This document shows, piece by piece, positions 39,535 through 53,521 of a stretch of 64,000 bases of DNA. The notes under the pieces are model-generated. The model was not told the DNA's origin. It saw nothing but the letters and a program-made list of their open reading frames with translations, and made no database searches. The number at the start of each line of letters is the position of its first letter. Position 1 is the stretch's first letter. Position numbers and translations under genes: made by a program. Source of the stretch: Anolis carolinensis (lineage: Eukaryota). The DNA is taken from contig NC_085841.1 of the NCBI RefSeq assembly GCF_035594765.1, positions 186,605,574 to 186,669,573 of the forward strand, written 5' to 3'.

Positions 39535-39833
39535 CCGTCAGCCCCCCATATCCATCGGTGGTTCTGCATCCACCAATGCAACCAACTAAGGATTCAAAAA
39601 TATTGCAAAAACATTTCAAATAGTCAACTTTGATTTTGCCATTCACTAAGCACTATCCTTATATGAAGGATAACCTGATGTAACGTGCCAATTCACAGAT
39701 CCTCAGGCTCTCTCCAGCATACATGTGAGTTTTATATAAGGGATATCATTTTACTATGTCATTGAATGTGATGGGACTTACACATCTATGGACTTTGGTA
39801 TCTACAGAGGGTCCTGGAACCAAGGGACCACTG
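39535..39833. mobile_element. Tigger/mariner-like MITE
   Basis: TA-CCGTCAGCCC / GGGACCACTG-TA. Confidence 0.6.
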
Positions 39834-40768
39834 TACTAGCCAGGGCACTAAATGATTACATTTTTGAAAAATGCATGGAATAGTAAAGGTGGGGAGAATA
39901 GATCCCAAGATGACTGACCTAACTTTTCTACCTAAATCAAACAAATTCAGAGCTTATAAGGACCTGACTCAGATTCACTGAGTCCAAAGTTCTGTTATTC
40001 TTAAACTATCTGGTGTGGAGGACCAGCATTTTTTCTTCTCAGTGTGCCAGGGACCAGAATCATATTTATGCCCATAGACCAGAATTGGTTTTTTTTTCTG
40101 TTATGGAAATTGTCCAAGGACCAGCTTGTAAACCAACAACAGCACTGCTATTGCCTTTGCAGTCAAACAAACTCTGTTTGCAATTGACTAGAACCATATT
40201 GTCAAGTAGGTTCAACCAGAAAATCTGCTGTTAATGTCTGAAAAGCTTCTTGCTGATTGCTCATCATAGATTAGGGGGTTTTTTTTAACAGATTGATCTA
40301 AAAAAAGGATAAGTTCTCACAACAGCTTGTGTTTTGCCAGTTGTGATAATCTCTGAATCCATGTTTTGAATGGATTGGTAGTGATTTCTTGGGTTTACAT
40401 TAGAATTGTTCCAACTGAGGCATGATTTGATGAGGAGGTCATGTGGTTTGAAGGTCAAAGTTTCCTTTCTGCATTTTAAATTAGAATTGTAATGCAAACA
40501 TGTCATTTCATTGATGCATTGTGGTTCACAAAGGTTCATTTCCAGACTTGGGAGAACTGCTAAGGCTTTTGTCTCAGCAGCACTCAGAAGAGTAGTTAAA
40601 GATCTCCCAATAAACTTCTTATATTCTCACCTGGTACCCCAGTGTAGAAGCCATATCCTACTGAGATGGCCTGCCCTAACTGGATGCCCTATGCTCACTA
40701 GAAGTCCTGTTTGTAGGTGGAGCATTTGGGGGGTGTCATGTGCCCCAACCCAAATCATACCTCTAAAG

Positions 40769-40888
40769 GAGTGGTTCTCAACCTATGGGTCCCCAGATGT
40801 TTTGGCCTTCAACTCCCAGAAATCCCAACAGCTGGTAAACTGGCTGAGATTTCTGGGAGTTGTAGGCCAAAACAACTGAGAACCACTG
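40769..40888. mobile_element. hAT MITE (same family as 4510-4645)
   Basis: AGTGGTTCTCA / TGAGAACCACTG; TSD CTCTAAAG/CTCTATAG. Confidence 0.88.
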
Positions 40889-43059
40889 CTCTATAGCGTC
40901 TTCCTATTGGTCCTTTGTGCTGGGGCGTGTTTGCTGAGGTGTTACATGGTTCTAGTGTGACTAATCCAGGGAGAGGGCTATAGAAATGGATACCCGCAAT
41001 CAATTGGGGAAAGTGTTCATAACTGTATATGACTGGATATTCCAACCACATGGACATAGGGCTCTAAAACCTCTTCCTACAGGTCCATGAGGGCATCATG
41101 TGTTTGTAGAGGGATTTAATGGCCTCTTTGGGCCAATCTGCAGAGGAGCAGAAATGGTCCCAGGGGTCACGGGACTTTGAAAATCTATTCTATTGGTCTG
41201 CAAAGACATTATGTGATTGTAGAGAGGCCACATGTCCCCTCCAATTGCCCCACTTATAGACAGTACTCTTGGATAGGACAAGTCATCCAGTTATGGTGGA
41301 ATTTCTGGTTATGACAGGACTTTTGGGGCAGAGCACTTGTCAAGGGGTGGGAAATATGAATTGAAGGGAAGTGCCAGATTTAACTACCAAATTGCATTTC
41401 AACTAAAAGAAATGGATCCCCAATAGCCAAAATACCTTACAGTTGAGGTCTAAGTAATTTCCTCCTTTAAAATCCATGTTAAGAATTGAAAAGAAAATGA
41501 TTATGCTGAACGTCTTCCTTCATAAGAATGACAAATGTTTAGTGCAATATTGTCCCAATTACACAATGGATAAATAAGAAACATAGAGATGGGCAGAGTT
41601 TGAAAATGTGATCCAACCTCCTGGCATGGTTAGAACTCTCCATGCCTATGTTGGTTGTAAGATTCTGCTCCTTGTAGTTCAAAAATATAACTTTTCCACA
41701 CTCTGGAGATGTGCAAGATCAACCAATCCTAAAATAAGGCTGACAATGCAAGGTGAAATTCCTTCCAACCAACTGATTCATGGATTGCTTCTAGTGAATT
41801 GCTGCTGTATGACATCCATTGCATTTTCATGTGCCATATAATGTGGGCTTCATAGTCTGTGAAATATTAATCATAAAAGAGAACTGCAAACACTTTTATG
41901 GAGGCCTTTGATTTATCATCCAAGACTTTACTGTAGTTACTATTAGGACTAAGGCAGACCTGTAAATTTAGCAATACTTGGAGTTGGGGAAGTTTTCAGT
42001 AGCATCTGGAAAAACTTTGCAGTCAATTTTATGCATCATAAAAACAAGCAAGTATAGGGAAAAGAAATACAACAGATAACAGGTATCAGGCTTCCTGGAA
42101 ATCATTATGTGATGATTCAAATCTACCAACATAGTATGGAGATGAGCTTATTTATTTCTCAAAACTTAAATTTTGTGCCCTCTGATATTTTGGTTTTACT
42201 TCCATTTAGGTACATCAATCATTTGCTTAATTCTCCATTTTGATCTCACTTTTGAATCAGCTGCATTGCAAAAGAAAGGTCTCATCCTGATCAAATGGTC
42301 TTTTGAAGTAGTTAAATCGTAGCTTCACCATAGTTGCTAACGGTTCTAAGCAACTCAGCTTCTTCTCGCAGTGTCTCTAGAGATGTGTTACAAAGGTGAC
42401 CTGCAAAAGGACGTGGCAGTGGTGAAAAATGTTTTTGCCCTTTCCTGCATCTTTATGATGTATATTAAAAGCCTGAAAAATGCTTCTGCCCTTTCCTGCA
42501 TCTTTATGATATATTAAAAGAAGCTCAGGAGGTGTTTATGTTGTTGGTTTAGTAAGCAAGAAGGCAGAAGTAGTCTGACTTGGTCAGAAATATGTGTTTG
42601 TCTTAAATGGTACAGAGAAAATACACTAAGTTGCTAACAGTTTTACGCAGATAGGATGGAATCAGTATCCTAGGATGCTTTCCCTCCATCTGGAGGATGG
42701 AGGCCCATGTCTGACATCACACAACGTTGTGTGACTTCTGGCATAGGCCCCACCCTCAACTGGGGTGAAAGCATTGCTGGACACATTTTATCTCAACATG
42801 AAGCTTTCCGTGTTGTGGTGGCTTCAATGGATCCAACACAGGGCCTCCCCGCAAGGGTGATGCTTTCCCCATCATGGAGAGCTGTGTGTGGGGTGACAGA
42901 TTTGCCTGTTGCTCCTTATTTCTTCACACAAGTCTTTCTTCGCAGAAGATTGTAGAATGCTACTCTATTCTACAATAGTTGCAGTTTAAAAGCAAAGCCC
43001 ATCTTTTTCCTTTTTCGAAAGCCAATTCAGCAACATTGGCTTTCCTGTGTATGTTTTAG

Positions 43060-43187
43060 CAGGATTTTATGTTTTATGATGTTTATTTTAATTTGTATGT
43101 ATGTTTTCCGCTGGGGCAATTGAATGTTTTGCCTTATATGCTGGAAGCCACCCTGAGTCCCTGGGGGAGATATACAGTATACAAATA

Positions 43188-43241
<54 letters not shown>
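43060..43241 (+). mobile_element. L2-type 3' end with (ATT)n tail
   Basis: TTGAATGTTTTGCC...GGAAGCCACCCTGAGTCCC..GGGGAGAT..AAATAAAG(TAT)n. Confidence 0.8.
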
Positions 43242-43285
43242 CATGAGCTAGAGGACCACCAGTTACTCCAGGATAGAAATTAGTT

Positions 43286-43582
43286 GGAGCCCCGGTGGTG
43301 AAGTGCATTAAAGCACTGAGCTGGAGACGCCGGGAGCGGTGTGAGCGGCCGCTGTTAGCTCCAGCTCCTGCCAACCTAGCAGTTCGAAAACATGCCAATG
43401 TGAGTAGATCAATAGGTACCACTCTGGTGGGAAGGTAACGGTGCTCCATGCAGTCATGCCGGCCACATGACCTTGGAGGTGTCTATGGACAACGCCGGCT
43501 CTTCGGCTTAGAAATGGAGATGAGCACCAACCCCCAGAGGCAGACATGACTGGACTTAACGTCAGGGGAAACCTTTACCTTT
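43286..43582 (+). mobile_element. Sauria SINE with an internal deletion spanning the B-box
   Basis: Head and tail intact; TSD AAATTAGT. Confidence 0.93.
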
Positions 43583-44773
43583 ACTATAAATTAGTCTGAA
43601 AAGCAGGGCAATGTTAATGAATAGCATTTTCTCTATAGTCAGAATGACGGGACTTAAATGGTCAAGTAATTCCGGTAGACATCATGTAAAAGCTAGATGA
43701 GACACATTTTTGTGATGTGTACTTTATGAGTTGCATTTTGTTGGGTAAAATTCCTTGACTGGGTAATGCAGTCTCTGAAATAGATCAATTAGGGTTTTTA
43801 AAAAAATAAATTGAGGAAGCAGCACAAGGCGTTGTGGTGGTGATGGTATGTCTTGAAGTCATTTTTGACTTATGTCAACCCTGAGAGTTGAGTTTTCAAA
43901 TGCATGACTCAGTGGTTTTCCATTGTTGAACGGGGAGTTGTACCGTGGTCTGCAGAGTCACATTTCCACAGTCTGTATCTGACCATTTTGAATTTAGCTT
44001 TTGATTCAAGGGGGCTTTCAGGCACAATGATGCAATACTTCTCTATGTAGAAATTAATCTTTGGCTGGAAAAAGATGGTATCAAGATACGTATTCCAGAG
44101 CCACTCCATGAACAGCACTATCATTTAATCTGCTATGAAATTATGCACAGGGTATTGGAGAGGGAAGAAACAGGAGAAAAATATCTAATGGGGGAACATT
44201 TGTTAGACATTATTTTACTCCAAAAATATTTTTTTTTAACTGCCCTAAATCTAGTGCCCTCCAAATATAAAAGACAACACCTCTTATCTTCCCAACTGTG
44301 ATGGCAGTTCTTGTCCAACACCTCTGAAGGACACCAAGGTGGAGAAGACTGATTTACAGCACCCTAAACCAATTTGTTCCAAGGTGTTCATCAACAGTTA
44401 TCAGAAATTTGACCTTAACCTTTAGCAAAGAGTTAGAAATAGTTGTCAGTGGTGATACAGAAAAGGCTTGTAAAGTTGATTTGTTTTATAAAAGGATCTC
44501 TTTGCTTCATCTTTTATTAAAGGTGTCTAAGTCTATTTGACCTTGAAAACCTCAGCAATTACTGGAAAACTATTGAAGTGGTGATATCACAGAAACCATT
44601 ACAAGTAAAGAAGGAAATATTTTCCTGTCTATCTGAAACACTCTAGATCAGCCTCTGAAAATCTAATGCCTCCTCCAGATGTGTTGGACTAAATATCCTG
44701 TTATTCTCAGCATAATTACAAAGGTGGCACCAGACATTAGAAGTGTAATTCTTTACTAATTTTTCTCTTGAAG

Positions 44774-45083
44774 AAAGGTAAAGGTTTTCCTCTGCCATTA
44801 ATTCTAGTTGTGTCCGACTCTCATCTTCATTTCTAAGCTGAAGAGCCGGTGTTGTCTGTAGATGCCTCCAAGGTCATGTGGCCAGCATGACTGCATGGAG
44901 CACCATTACCTTCCTGGAAGAGTGGTACCTATTGATCTATTCACATTTGCATGTTTTTGAACTGCTAGGTTGGCAGAAACTGGGGCTAACAGTGAGAGCT
45001 CACTCAGCTCCCAGATTCAAACCACCAACCTTCTAGTCAGCAAGTTCTACAGCTTAGCGGTTTAATCTGCTGCACCACCGTGG
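44774..45083 (-). mobile_element. Sauria SINE (older copy)
   Basis: AAAGGTAAAGG tail, body, degenerate head. Confidence 0.9.
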
Positions 45084-45726
45084 AAAATAATAAGTAATTG
45101 AAGGAAGTAATGGGTGATCTTAACAATATTTTTCCTGCTGTAAGAAAGTCTTCAAAAACCATGCAAACCATGAATTTTCAATATCTATTACAGGACTTAT
45201 TGTGTGCTAATTTTCATATGCTGTAATTTTGTATATTGAAAACATCATTTTTGGAGCAAAAATATTATTTGCTTCTTGTACAGAAAATTCTGTTTGCTGA
45301 ACATAACCACATGCCCATTTTGTATAAAAGTGGACTGAATATTCTCATCAGTCAAATTATATTTTTAATAGGGTTTCTTGACACTTGACATATTTAGATT
45401 TTAAATTTAAAATATTTTAAATTAGATTTTAAATTTTAAATATTTAGATTTTTTTAAAATCTAAATATGTTTAAATATTCTTCATCCCTACCAGACAAAT
45501 AAACTGGACCTATACATGCAACACAAATAAATAAAATTAGAGACATTATCATGTGAAGGTCTGACATTCATAGGTCAAAGGCATCTTGATAACAGTTAAC
45601 AAGGCTAGCAATTAGATAAAATACCTGCAGATTTCCCCCCTGACATTGCATATGAAGTTATCCAGTACTTTCTTATACCCAGCTTTGCTTGGTAGTGCAA
45701 CAGCCTTAATCCTTTCTTTCCATGTA

Positions 45727-46123
45727 CAGGCACTTCCCGAGTCACAAACATCCATCTTATAAATGGCTCATAGTTATGATGGGGGTAAGACACCAGAAAG
45801 TGAGAGAAATGTATCCCTTGGAAGGGAAATTCACTCCTCAAAAAGTTATGGGGGAAAGGTGTCTCCAATGAGGCTTTACAACCAATCCTTGTTTCCAGAA
45901 CAAGCCAATTTTTTCAGAATCCAGTTTTTACAGGCAGAGACAGTGAGGTGAAATCTTCTGAACAAGGGCACAGAAAGCAAAACAAACACCACAAGGGTGT
46001 TAATCCAAAGCTTTAAAAAATCTTTATTTTTGACTGGAGTTACACTTAAAAATGTACCTGTTCTGGGTTACATACAAACTCAACAAACCTACAGAACCTT
46101 GCTTATAACTTTGGGACTGCCAG
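45727..46123. mobile_element. Tc1/mariner non-autonomous element
   Basis: TA-CAGGCACTTCCCGAGT / ATAACTTTGGGACTGCC; same family as 31466-32513. Confidence 0.8.
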
Positions 46124-48817
46124 TGTTTTCACTAGCAAACTTTATCCACTAAGAGAGTAAAAAAGTTCCAGCCTTGAAGGCCTATAAATCTTATAAGTGA
46201 AATGCATTGCACTGATGTAGGGAAGTCCCAAATGAAAACAGAAAGCATTCTAATAGTAAGGATTTCATCACAATTACTTTATGTGCTGAAAGACCTTTTA
46301 ACACTTTACTCCCGCAAAGAAATTGCATTTGGAACATTCTCAGGAAGAACAAATGAATGGGGGGTCCTTCTTCAGGGTCTTCTACAGGAAACATATTGTC
46401 AAAGAATCTGCTCTCCAGACTCATGTACTGACTCATTCACATTATCAGATTACATAACTATGAAAGATCTTTGGGTCTTGGCAGCGTATCTAACAAGATC
46501 TGTCTCAGTAACTGGTCTTCACAGAGAACTACTTGTAAGAGACTAATATACAGACAACAGAAGAATCGATGATCAAAATTTTAGGAATTAGCATTTGGAT
46601 TATAAGAACTCCAGTGGGGTTTTAATTATTGCATGCACAACAGATTAGCCACAGACACAACTACAGATTCACAGATATAACTATATCCACAAACCAAATT
46701 TTAGTATTGTGAAGTTCTACTTTGAGTGTGCAAGAATCACAAGAGCCAAAGGAAAAGGCTATGATCATTGCACATGGCTGAAACAGATTAGGATCTTGGT
46801 TTCTGGGAGGATGCAAAAGATCAGGCCTGAGGAAATTGGGAAACCAGAAGTTTCTAGGTTTAGGGAAATAAAGATGGAAAAGTGTGGAAAAAGGAGAAAA
46901 AAACAATTTATCCCCTAAAACTTACTGAAAAGAGTTTCTGGCACTCACGGAGCTTCTCCTTACATCCTTTTGATGGAGGGAATTATGTATGAAGAGACTG
47001 GGTGAGACCCCTCCCATCTCCTAAGGCATTTCTTCCACTCAAGAGGATGCGAGGAGAGGCTTCATGGCTGCCAGGGACCCTTTTCAGAAAGTTTGAGGAG
47101 GGGAATTAAAGACTTTAAGGTGGCTTCATGCTATCCCAATTTCAATTGGGACAGCATGTTATCACACCCACAGAGAAAGCCTGGATTTTGGGTAAGGGGG
47201 TGAGGACTAGAACGCAAGTGGAAGCGTGATATTTTAACCCATTTCACTCGCATTTTTATACAGTGTAGAAAGGCCCTAAGAAAGCACAATCATTCCCATA
47301 TCCCATATATATTTCCAGCAAAAGGACTTCCATATTCCAGTTTCTGAAAATCATCCTTCTAGTTGGTTTATTGTGCAAATTATTCTAATTATTCAAATTT
47401 GTATTATAGTTAAGCATATTTCAGCAGTAATCTTCTGGTGCTGATTTCATCAAGCAGCTGGCAGTTTGAAAACTCGGAGGATACAGAAAAGGAGTGTCAC
47501 TGACCAGAGACATTCTGAAAGCACCTGGTATTTTAGAGAAAGGGGAGAGGCCAGGTGGGGGATCTTACACAGAGTACAAAAGAGACAGGCAACTGGACAA
47601 TGACACGAGTTTTCTAGCCCAAGTCCAATTAAAACAAACTCTTCCTGTAATATTTCTGCAATAAAGACTGGACTGGTGCCAGCTGCTGAACACATTTAGG
47701 GTGTACATAATAATAACTTTATTTTTATACTCTGCCACCATCTCCCCAAAGGGATTTGGAGCGGTTTACATGCGGGACCAAGTCCAGAGTATCCAACTGT
47801 TTAAGCTAGAATTTTGTCATGCCTATTTCCTGATCATTGGTCTTTTCCTATTGCAAGAAGTGGTGGCTATTCAGAGCAATTTTGCTGGTACCCATGTACT
47901 TGACCAAAGACTCGCTGTCTATATAGTTCACATTTGTTTAATTTGTCCCCCCACCCCAGGACTTTTTAGTTTCTGAAAGCTGCCAAATGTCTAATGTCAG
48001 AGTTTGGTGAAGTTACCATGGTAAATTATATCTTCCAGAATCTCCAGCCAGCACAGCTATTTGTCATATTGGCTAGAAAATTCTGTGACTTGTGGTGTTT
48101 AAAAATATCTTGTTCATGCTCAACTACTCTTCATTGACAGAAACATTAACTCTCTTAAAGGCTTCACAATAAAATATTAGCAATATCAAATGGGTTAACT
48201 CAGGACCTTCTAGACATACCATCATCCTTCCAACAAAGTGGCACTAACCCACTATGTTTAGATCATTTTCAAAGTGCCAAGACTAAAAAATATTTCCACA
48301 ATTGCCTATTATGCTCTCTCTTGTTCTATGGTAAATCTCCTGTTCCAAGTTCACAGACACCTGCTATCTTGAATCAAAAAGGAGTTGAAGCCCGTCTGAT
48401 GTCATGGTGCAAGAACAAAAAGAAGAAAAGCTTTGAACAAAATAGAAAGCCACTTTCTAAATTACAGAGCAGCAAATCTAAAAAGGTAGGTAAGTGTGGG
48501 AGACACACTTTGCAACCTTTGCAGGCTATTCTTATGATGGATGCTGCTCCCAAATGTCCTTGTTGCCTTTTCTCTTCTGCTTTCAAAATTTTTTTGTACC
48601 AGATTGATTTCAACTCACAATGATGGACTGAAAGCTTTTCTGTCAGTTATCATAGTTCAATTTTCGTTCTGGACCACTTGTCAAAAATAAAGTATGGCAG
48701 CAACTTGAAGTAGAGAGAACTTATATAGGAAGCCATATTTCTAAGCAGATGTCTCCAGAATCCTGACAAGATGAGTTCATGATTCACAACCTGGTTAGTA
48801 GTTACATCTCCCTGCAA

Positions 48818-49158
48818 CAGGGGTGGGCAAATGTAGCCAACCCAGGAGATACTTTTATTTCCCTGGATCTTCCAGGGGCTACGGATACTCCTGAAAAATA
48901 AAACATTAAAAAAAAAAACTCAAAATGGATAGAAGTCCACTTCTGATTCTGATTTTTTTTAACATAATAAACATTACTAGGATGTCTTGCAACATGCTGA
49001 AAATCTAAATTGCAGCCATTAGAGGCTTCCAGAAGCATTCATATGCTCTTTTATTGACAGAAAAGGATTAATGTGGAGATTTTTGAAGGTGTTGAGGGCC
49101 ACAAAAACATCATTAGGGACCCACAAATAACCACATGGCTGCACATTTCCCATTCCTG
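48818..49158. mobile_element. Old hAT-like MITE
   Basis: CAGGGGTGGGCAAATGTAGCCA / TGGCTGCACATTTCCCATTCCTG. Confidence 0.55.
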
Positions 49159-49314
49159 GTCTACAAAATGTATCCCCTGTCCTTTTCCAGTTGATGATCC
49201 CACTTCCTTGATATTGTATCAATATCTTGGTCTTCCAGATCATGGGAAATACTGTGCAAAAACAAATGGAGAGTCAGGGTTGCCCATTCCATTTGTGTAG
49301 CGTTAGCATTGCTT

Positions 49315-49542
49315 CTGCTGTGTGTGTGTACCTTCAAGTCACCCGTTGACTTATGGTGAACCCATTTATTCCATAGTGTTTTTTAAGGCAAGGAATCTCA
49401 CAGATGGCTTTGCTGACTCATTGCTTGGGGAGGATCACCAACAAAAGTATTTGTTGATGGTCTCCTATCTAATTGCTACCCAAAGGACATTCTGCATAGT
49501 TTCCAAGATCAAAAGGAATCTAGTACCTTTATGGTGTTTGAC
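49315..49542 (-). mobile_element. 5S rRNA-derived SINE
   Basis: GGTCTCCTATCTAATTGCTACC...TAGTTTCCAAGATCA resembles the reverse complement of 5S rRNA; RTE-like tail. Confidence 0.65.
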
Positions 49543-49753
49543 ATTTTACAGCATAAGATGAACACTACTCAACCAGAGACCAAATCTACAGAAGGCAAGT
49601 ATACTGTTTCCACAGTGACCAACTAGAACCCCATGACAATTCCATGAACCATTCATTAAAGCAGGAGACCTTTCCCTTTGTTGCTTCCAATGAATAGTGC
49701 CTGTGGTGTACTTTCTCTGATCCTACAAGTACTGTATATTTAACATGACTAAT

Positions 49754-50090
49754 GACCTCATCAGACAGGCTAATTTACCCGTCCTTCACCACTTCTTCTC
49801 CCCTTTCACCACAAAGCCCTTTCCTCGATGCACACACATCAACTTCTAGCCAGGCTCTGTGGTGAAAGAGGAGAGGAAGTGGCGCACGTTGCAATGGCAG
49901 CAATACGGAATGCTTCTTGTGTTGCCCTAGGAGTAAATGGGGGAACAATGGGGAGAGCTGGGTGGCAATGCTTCCACTCATGGGCTGGGATAAGTTGCAC
50001 GATGCAGGGCGTGAAGTGATGGGTTCTTCACGACCCCTGCTGAGACCCCCATGGATTCACCACGAAAACTCAGCCTAATGTGATAACGTC
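49754..50090. mobile_element. Harbinger-like MITE
   Basis: GACCTCATCAGACAGGCT / AGCCTAATGTGATAACGTC; internal inverted repeat CCACTTCTTCTCCCCTTTCACCACA / TGTGGTGAAAGAGGAGAGGAAGTGG. Confidence 0.6.
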
Positions 50091-51444
50091 ATAATAGCCA
50101 TGAATAAACTTGTTCTCTAACCCCCTCTTTAAAGCTATAAGAGCTGCAACTCACCACTGTTTCTCGAATAAGAACATAACTCGGGGCAAGCAAATTGGGA
50201 ACATATAAAGCAAGCTACCATTCCTTGATCCAATTTAATGGTATACCTAGATATAAGGACTACTGTTCACTTTTACTTTATGGAGTATATCTATATGGTA
50301 AGAGCAGTTTGATCACTCTTTAAATATGATGGCTCCATCATACTGGGATTTGTAATTTGAGGAGAGATGTAAAGTTCTCTGCTGCAGTTCAAGGGAGTGG
50401 GCTACTATAAGCATGTGACCAACAACAAAATTCCAGGATTCCATGGGGTGCAGCACGACTGCTAAAGTGGTATAAAACTGCTGTGATTCTGCAGTGGACA
50501 GATGGGCCTCTACAGAGTCCTTTTCATTCTCCCTCCACCCCATACAATTAGGGATGCAGGATACTGAAGCTACGGGTGTCTTTTATAGGGGCAAAATGGG
50601 CCCTCTTCTCCTTAGTCATAGCCATATCATTCTTCCTTCAAAGTTCAAGCAATTGTTTCTTGATACAATTCAAGCTAATTGAGGTCTTATCTACACTAGC
50701 AATAAAAACAAAAACCCACACTCACCCCAAATCCAGCTCTGCCAGTAACTATCCTGTGTGTGTGTGTGTGTGTGTTTTTGTTTTTATTTCTTGCTCTTAA
50801 ATCAGTTTTGCTCTGCTTAAGCAAAGTCAGGGGAATATCTCAGGGCTTTGTAGCTATCTGAACACTGAATCAAGTTTCAGTTGTATGGGTGCTCCATTAT
50901 GACTTCAGCAGACATGAGTTCTAATGTATAATATGTATAATATGTATAATATGTACATTAGAAGTTGGGGAGCTCCATGGCCAATGGGAAGTGATTACTG
51001 TGACCTAGAGGACAAAGAAGCAGCCTAGCAGGGACAATGTAGACACCAATGTGGTGGCACAGAGGGATCAATCAAGTGCATTTGGCTACCATCATGGTTG
51101 ATTTAGGGCCAGTATCGATGCAGCCTGATATGTAAAACCTATTGACTGTTGAAATATTGGTTAATGGTTATGTACCATATGGCTCTACCATTTGTATTTA
51201 TTTGTTTGCCTAATAATATTTATAGAGTTCCTTTCCACAGATGTCACCAAGGCAACAATTCAATTTAATAATCCAAACAACCATTCAAATACAAATTGCA
51301 TATAAACAAAGAAACAATATTAAAATGTCATTTAAACCACATATTTCTTTTTCTACAGTAGAGTACGTATCTGGAAGCTTATGGTGAGCAGAAGTTGTAT
51401 CTTTCTTGTATGAAATCTGTAGCAAGAGCACTCCTCCACTTAAA

Positions 51445-51620
51445 GTGTTATTGTTATGTGCCTTGAAGTCAACTCTGATGTATGATGACCATATCCTAGG
51501 TTTTCTCTGCAAAATTTATTCTAAGGAGGTTTCCTCTAAGGCTAAAAATGTGAGACTTGCCCAAGGTTGCCCCTATGAGTTTGCCTGGCAGAATAAGGAA
51601 TGAAAATTTGATCTCCTAGA
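51445..51620 (-). mobile_element. Old SINE with RTE-like tail
   Basis: TTGTTATGTGCCTTGAAGTC...GACTTGCCCAAGG. Confidence 0.6.
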
Positions 51621-52077
51621 ATCATCAGCATGGACAAAGAAAAATCAAGAGTTACACAATACCTCAATCCCTGTCCTCATATCTCCTGTTGCTTCCACTG
51701 CCATTTTCTTTCAATGACGGGGTCATGCATGTAGAGAGGAGGCCCACTACAAATTTGTAGGATGTCCAAGCCATGTATGGATATTCCCTCCATCTCGCTC
51801 ATTTTCTGTATGATCTGAATTGTATGCAGAACAACTGAAACAGGCTGTGTTTGTTTACTATCATTTGTAAATTACTCAAGTGCAGTCAACAAGGCAGAGA
51901 TGAATATAATTGAAAGAGGTATGGTGACTAAACTCTAAATTTAATTGTTGTTCTTCTGTTCCTTCAGGACATTTCTGATTCATGCCAATTTTAAGGCAAG
52001 CCTATCACAAAGGTTTCTTGGCAAGATTTGTTCAGGAGTGGGTCGCATTTGCTTTCCCCAGGGGATGAGAGAGGGGA

Positions 52078-52460
52078 AGTGAATTAGCTGAGATGGACAA
52101 ACTAATAATGCTGACTGAGGAGAAATCCCTGACAAAGTTTTAGAAAGACTGGGACGTATCATTTTTCTACATCAAAAATGGGGACAAACTTCAAGTGTTG
52201 GATTTATGAATTAGAAGAATGTTATTGAAAGGAGTATGAAAACAAAGAGCAAAAAAGAGCAAACAATGTGTGAGAGGATCACAGAATAGTCATAGTAATT
52301 GTGTGTCTAATATTATTTGTTGGTTTAAGTATGTTTTATGTTATGGTGATTATCTTAGATTTAGTTGTGTTAGATGTAGTAGTTTTACATATTTGGAAAA
52401 ATTGCTTTTTTGAATTATTTTTTCTTTTTCTTTTTTCTTTATTTCTGAATAAAAATAAAA
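52078..52460 (+). mobile_element. L1-clade LINE 3' end
   Basis: ELAEMDKL....EKSLTKF*KDW ORF2 C-terminus, T-rich 3' UTR, AATAAAAATAAA. Confidence 0.65.
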
Positions 52461-52705
52461 TTTAAACAAGTCCAATTCCTACGCTCCACACTGTGCTCAA
52501 ACTGTGGGGTTAATTTGAAGTTTTGGCCACAAGAACTCCCTTCAAATTTTTTAACATGGGGCTAAAACAGATTAGCCCAATTTACTCCATGATAAGGACC
52601 AAGAGTTCCTGAATAGTATGAAGATGGCCAGGAACAACTACATGGTGAATGTGAGATATTAAGCTCCTGGTCTCTAGAGATGAGTTCCTGGCCTCTGAAG
52701 TTCTA

Positions 52706-53030
52706 CAACCTCATCAGACAGGCAAAATTGCCTGTCCTACAATACTTGGACTTCAGTTGAGGCACGGAGCCTGCTGATTCCCATCACACAACGTCAATCT
52801 ATTTCCAGTGGGACTCCGTGCCTCAACTGAAGTCCAAGTGTGGTAAGAGGTGGCATCAGCAACATGGAAGGCTTCTTGTTTTGCACAAAAAACGAAGGGA
52901 AGGCGGGCAGCAAAGCTTCCCCCCATGGGATGAGGTGAAGGATAAGGCAGGCAATGTGGGGCATGGGGCGATGCCCCCACCACATTCACCAGAATCTATG
53001 ACAAATCCAGGCCTCAATATGATGAGGTCC
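52706..53030. mobile_element. PIF/Harbinger MITE with a perfect internal palindrome
   Basis: CAACCTCATCA / TGATGAGGTCC ends; 3-bp TSD CTA. Confidence 0.8.
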
Positions 53031-53521
53031 CTAGTCCAATGCTTTAACCACTGCATCTCTGTACTGGCTCTCAATTTGTCTGAATGTCATCTATATTATT
53101 ATGACACGTGGCAATCTTGTTGGTTTTGGAGGCAATGTCTGTGAAGAAGGACTATGAAATGAGTTTGCATATTACAGATTGTCTACCAAGGGCAATCCCA
53201 CCCCTTTTGAGTGAAGTTCAGCTAACAATATTCCTTAACCCAAATCTGTCTTCCTTGAATGTGACCCCATTACATCTTGTCTCCGTGGATATAGTGAACA
53301 ATTGTATATCTTAAAGCCTCTTTTAAATATTTAAACATTGTCAACATGACACCTCAGCATACCATGTATTTATGCATGCATCCTTTTCTATTCCTTGTGT
53401 CAGCTTCTTTTCTTTAGTGCAAATGTATCCAAATTTACACTAAATGTGAAAAAGTGTCCAACAGGGGCTCAAGTAAGCTTGTGTTTTAACTATACCTCCC
53501 TCGCCCCAACTTAGTACCAGA

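Noticed and set aside
43027-43547. Poly-Asn/Tyr ORFs and recurring MSDSGGWCSS / ERRYLP peptides (also at 665-990, 7308-7586 and others)
   Set aside because: Translations of (ATT)n and of Sauria SINE copies
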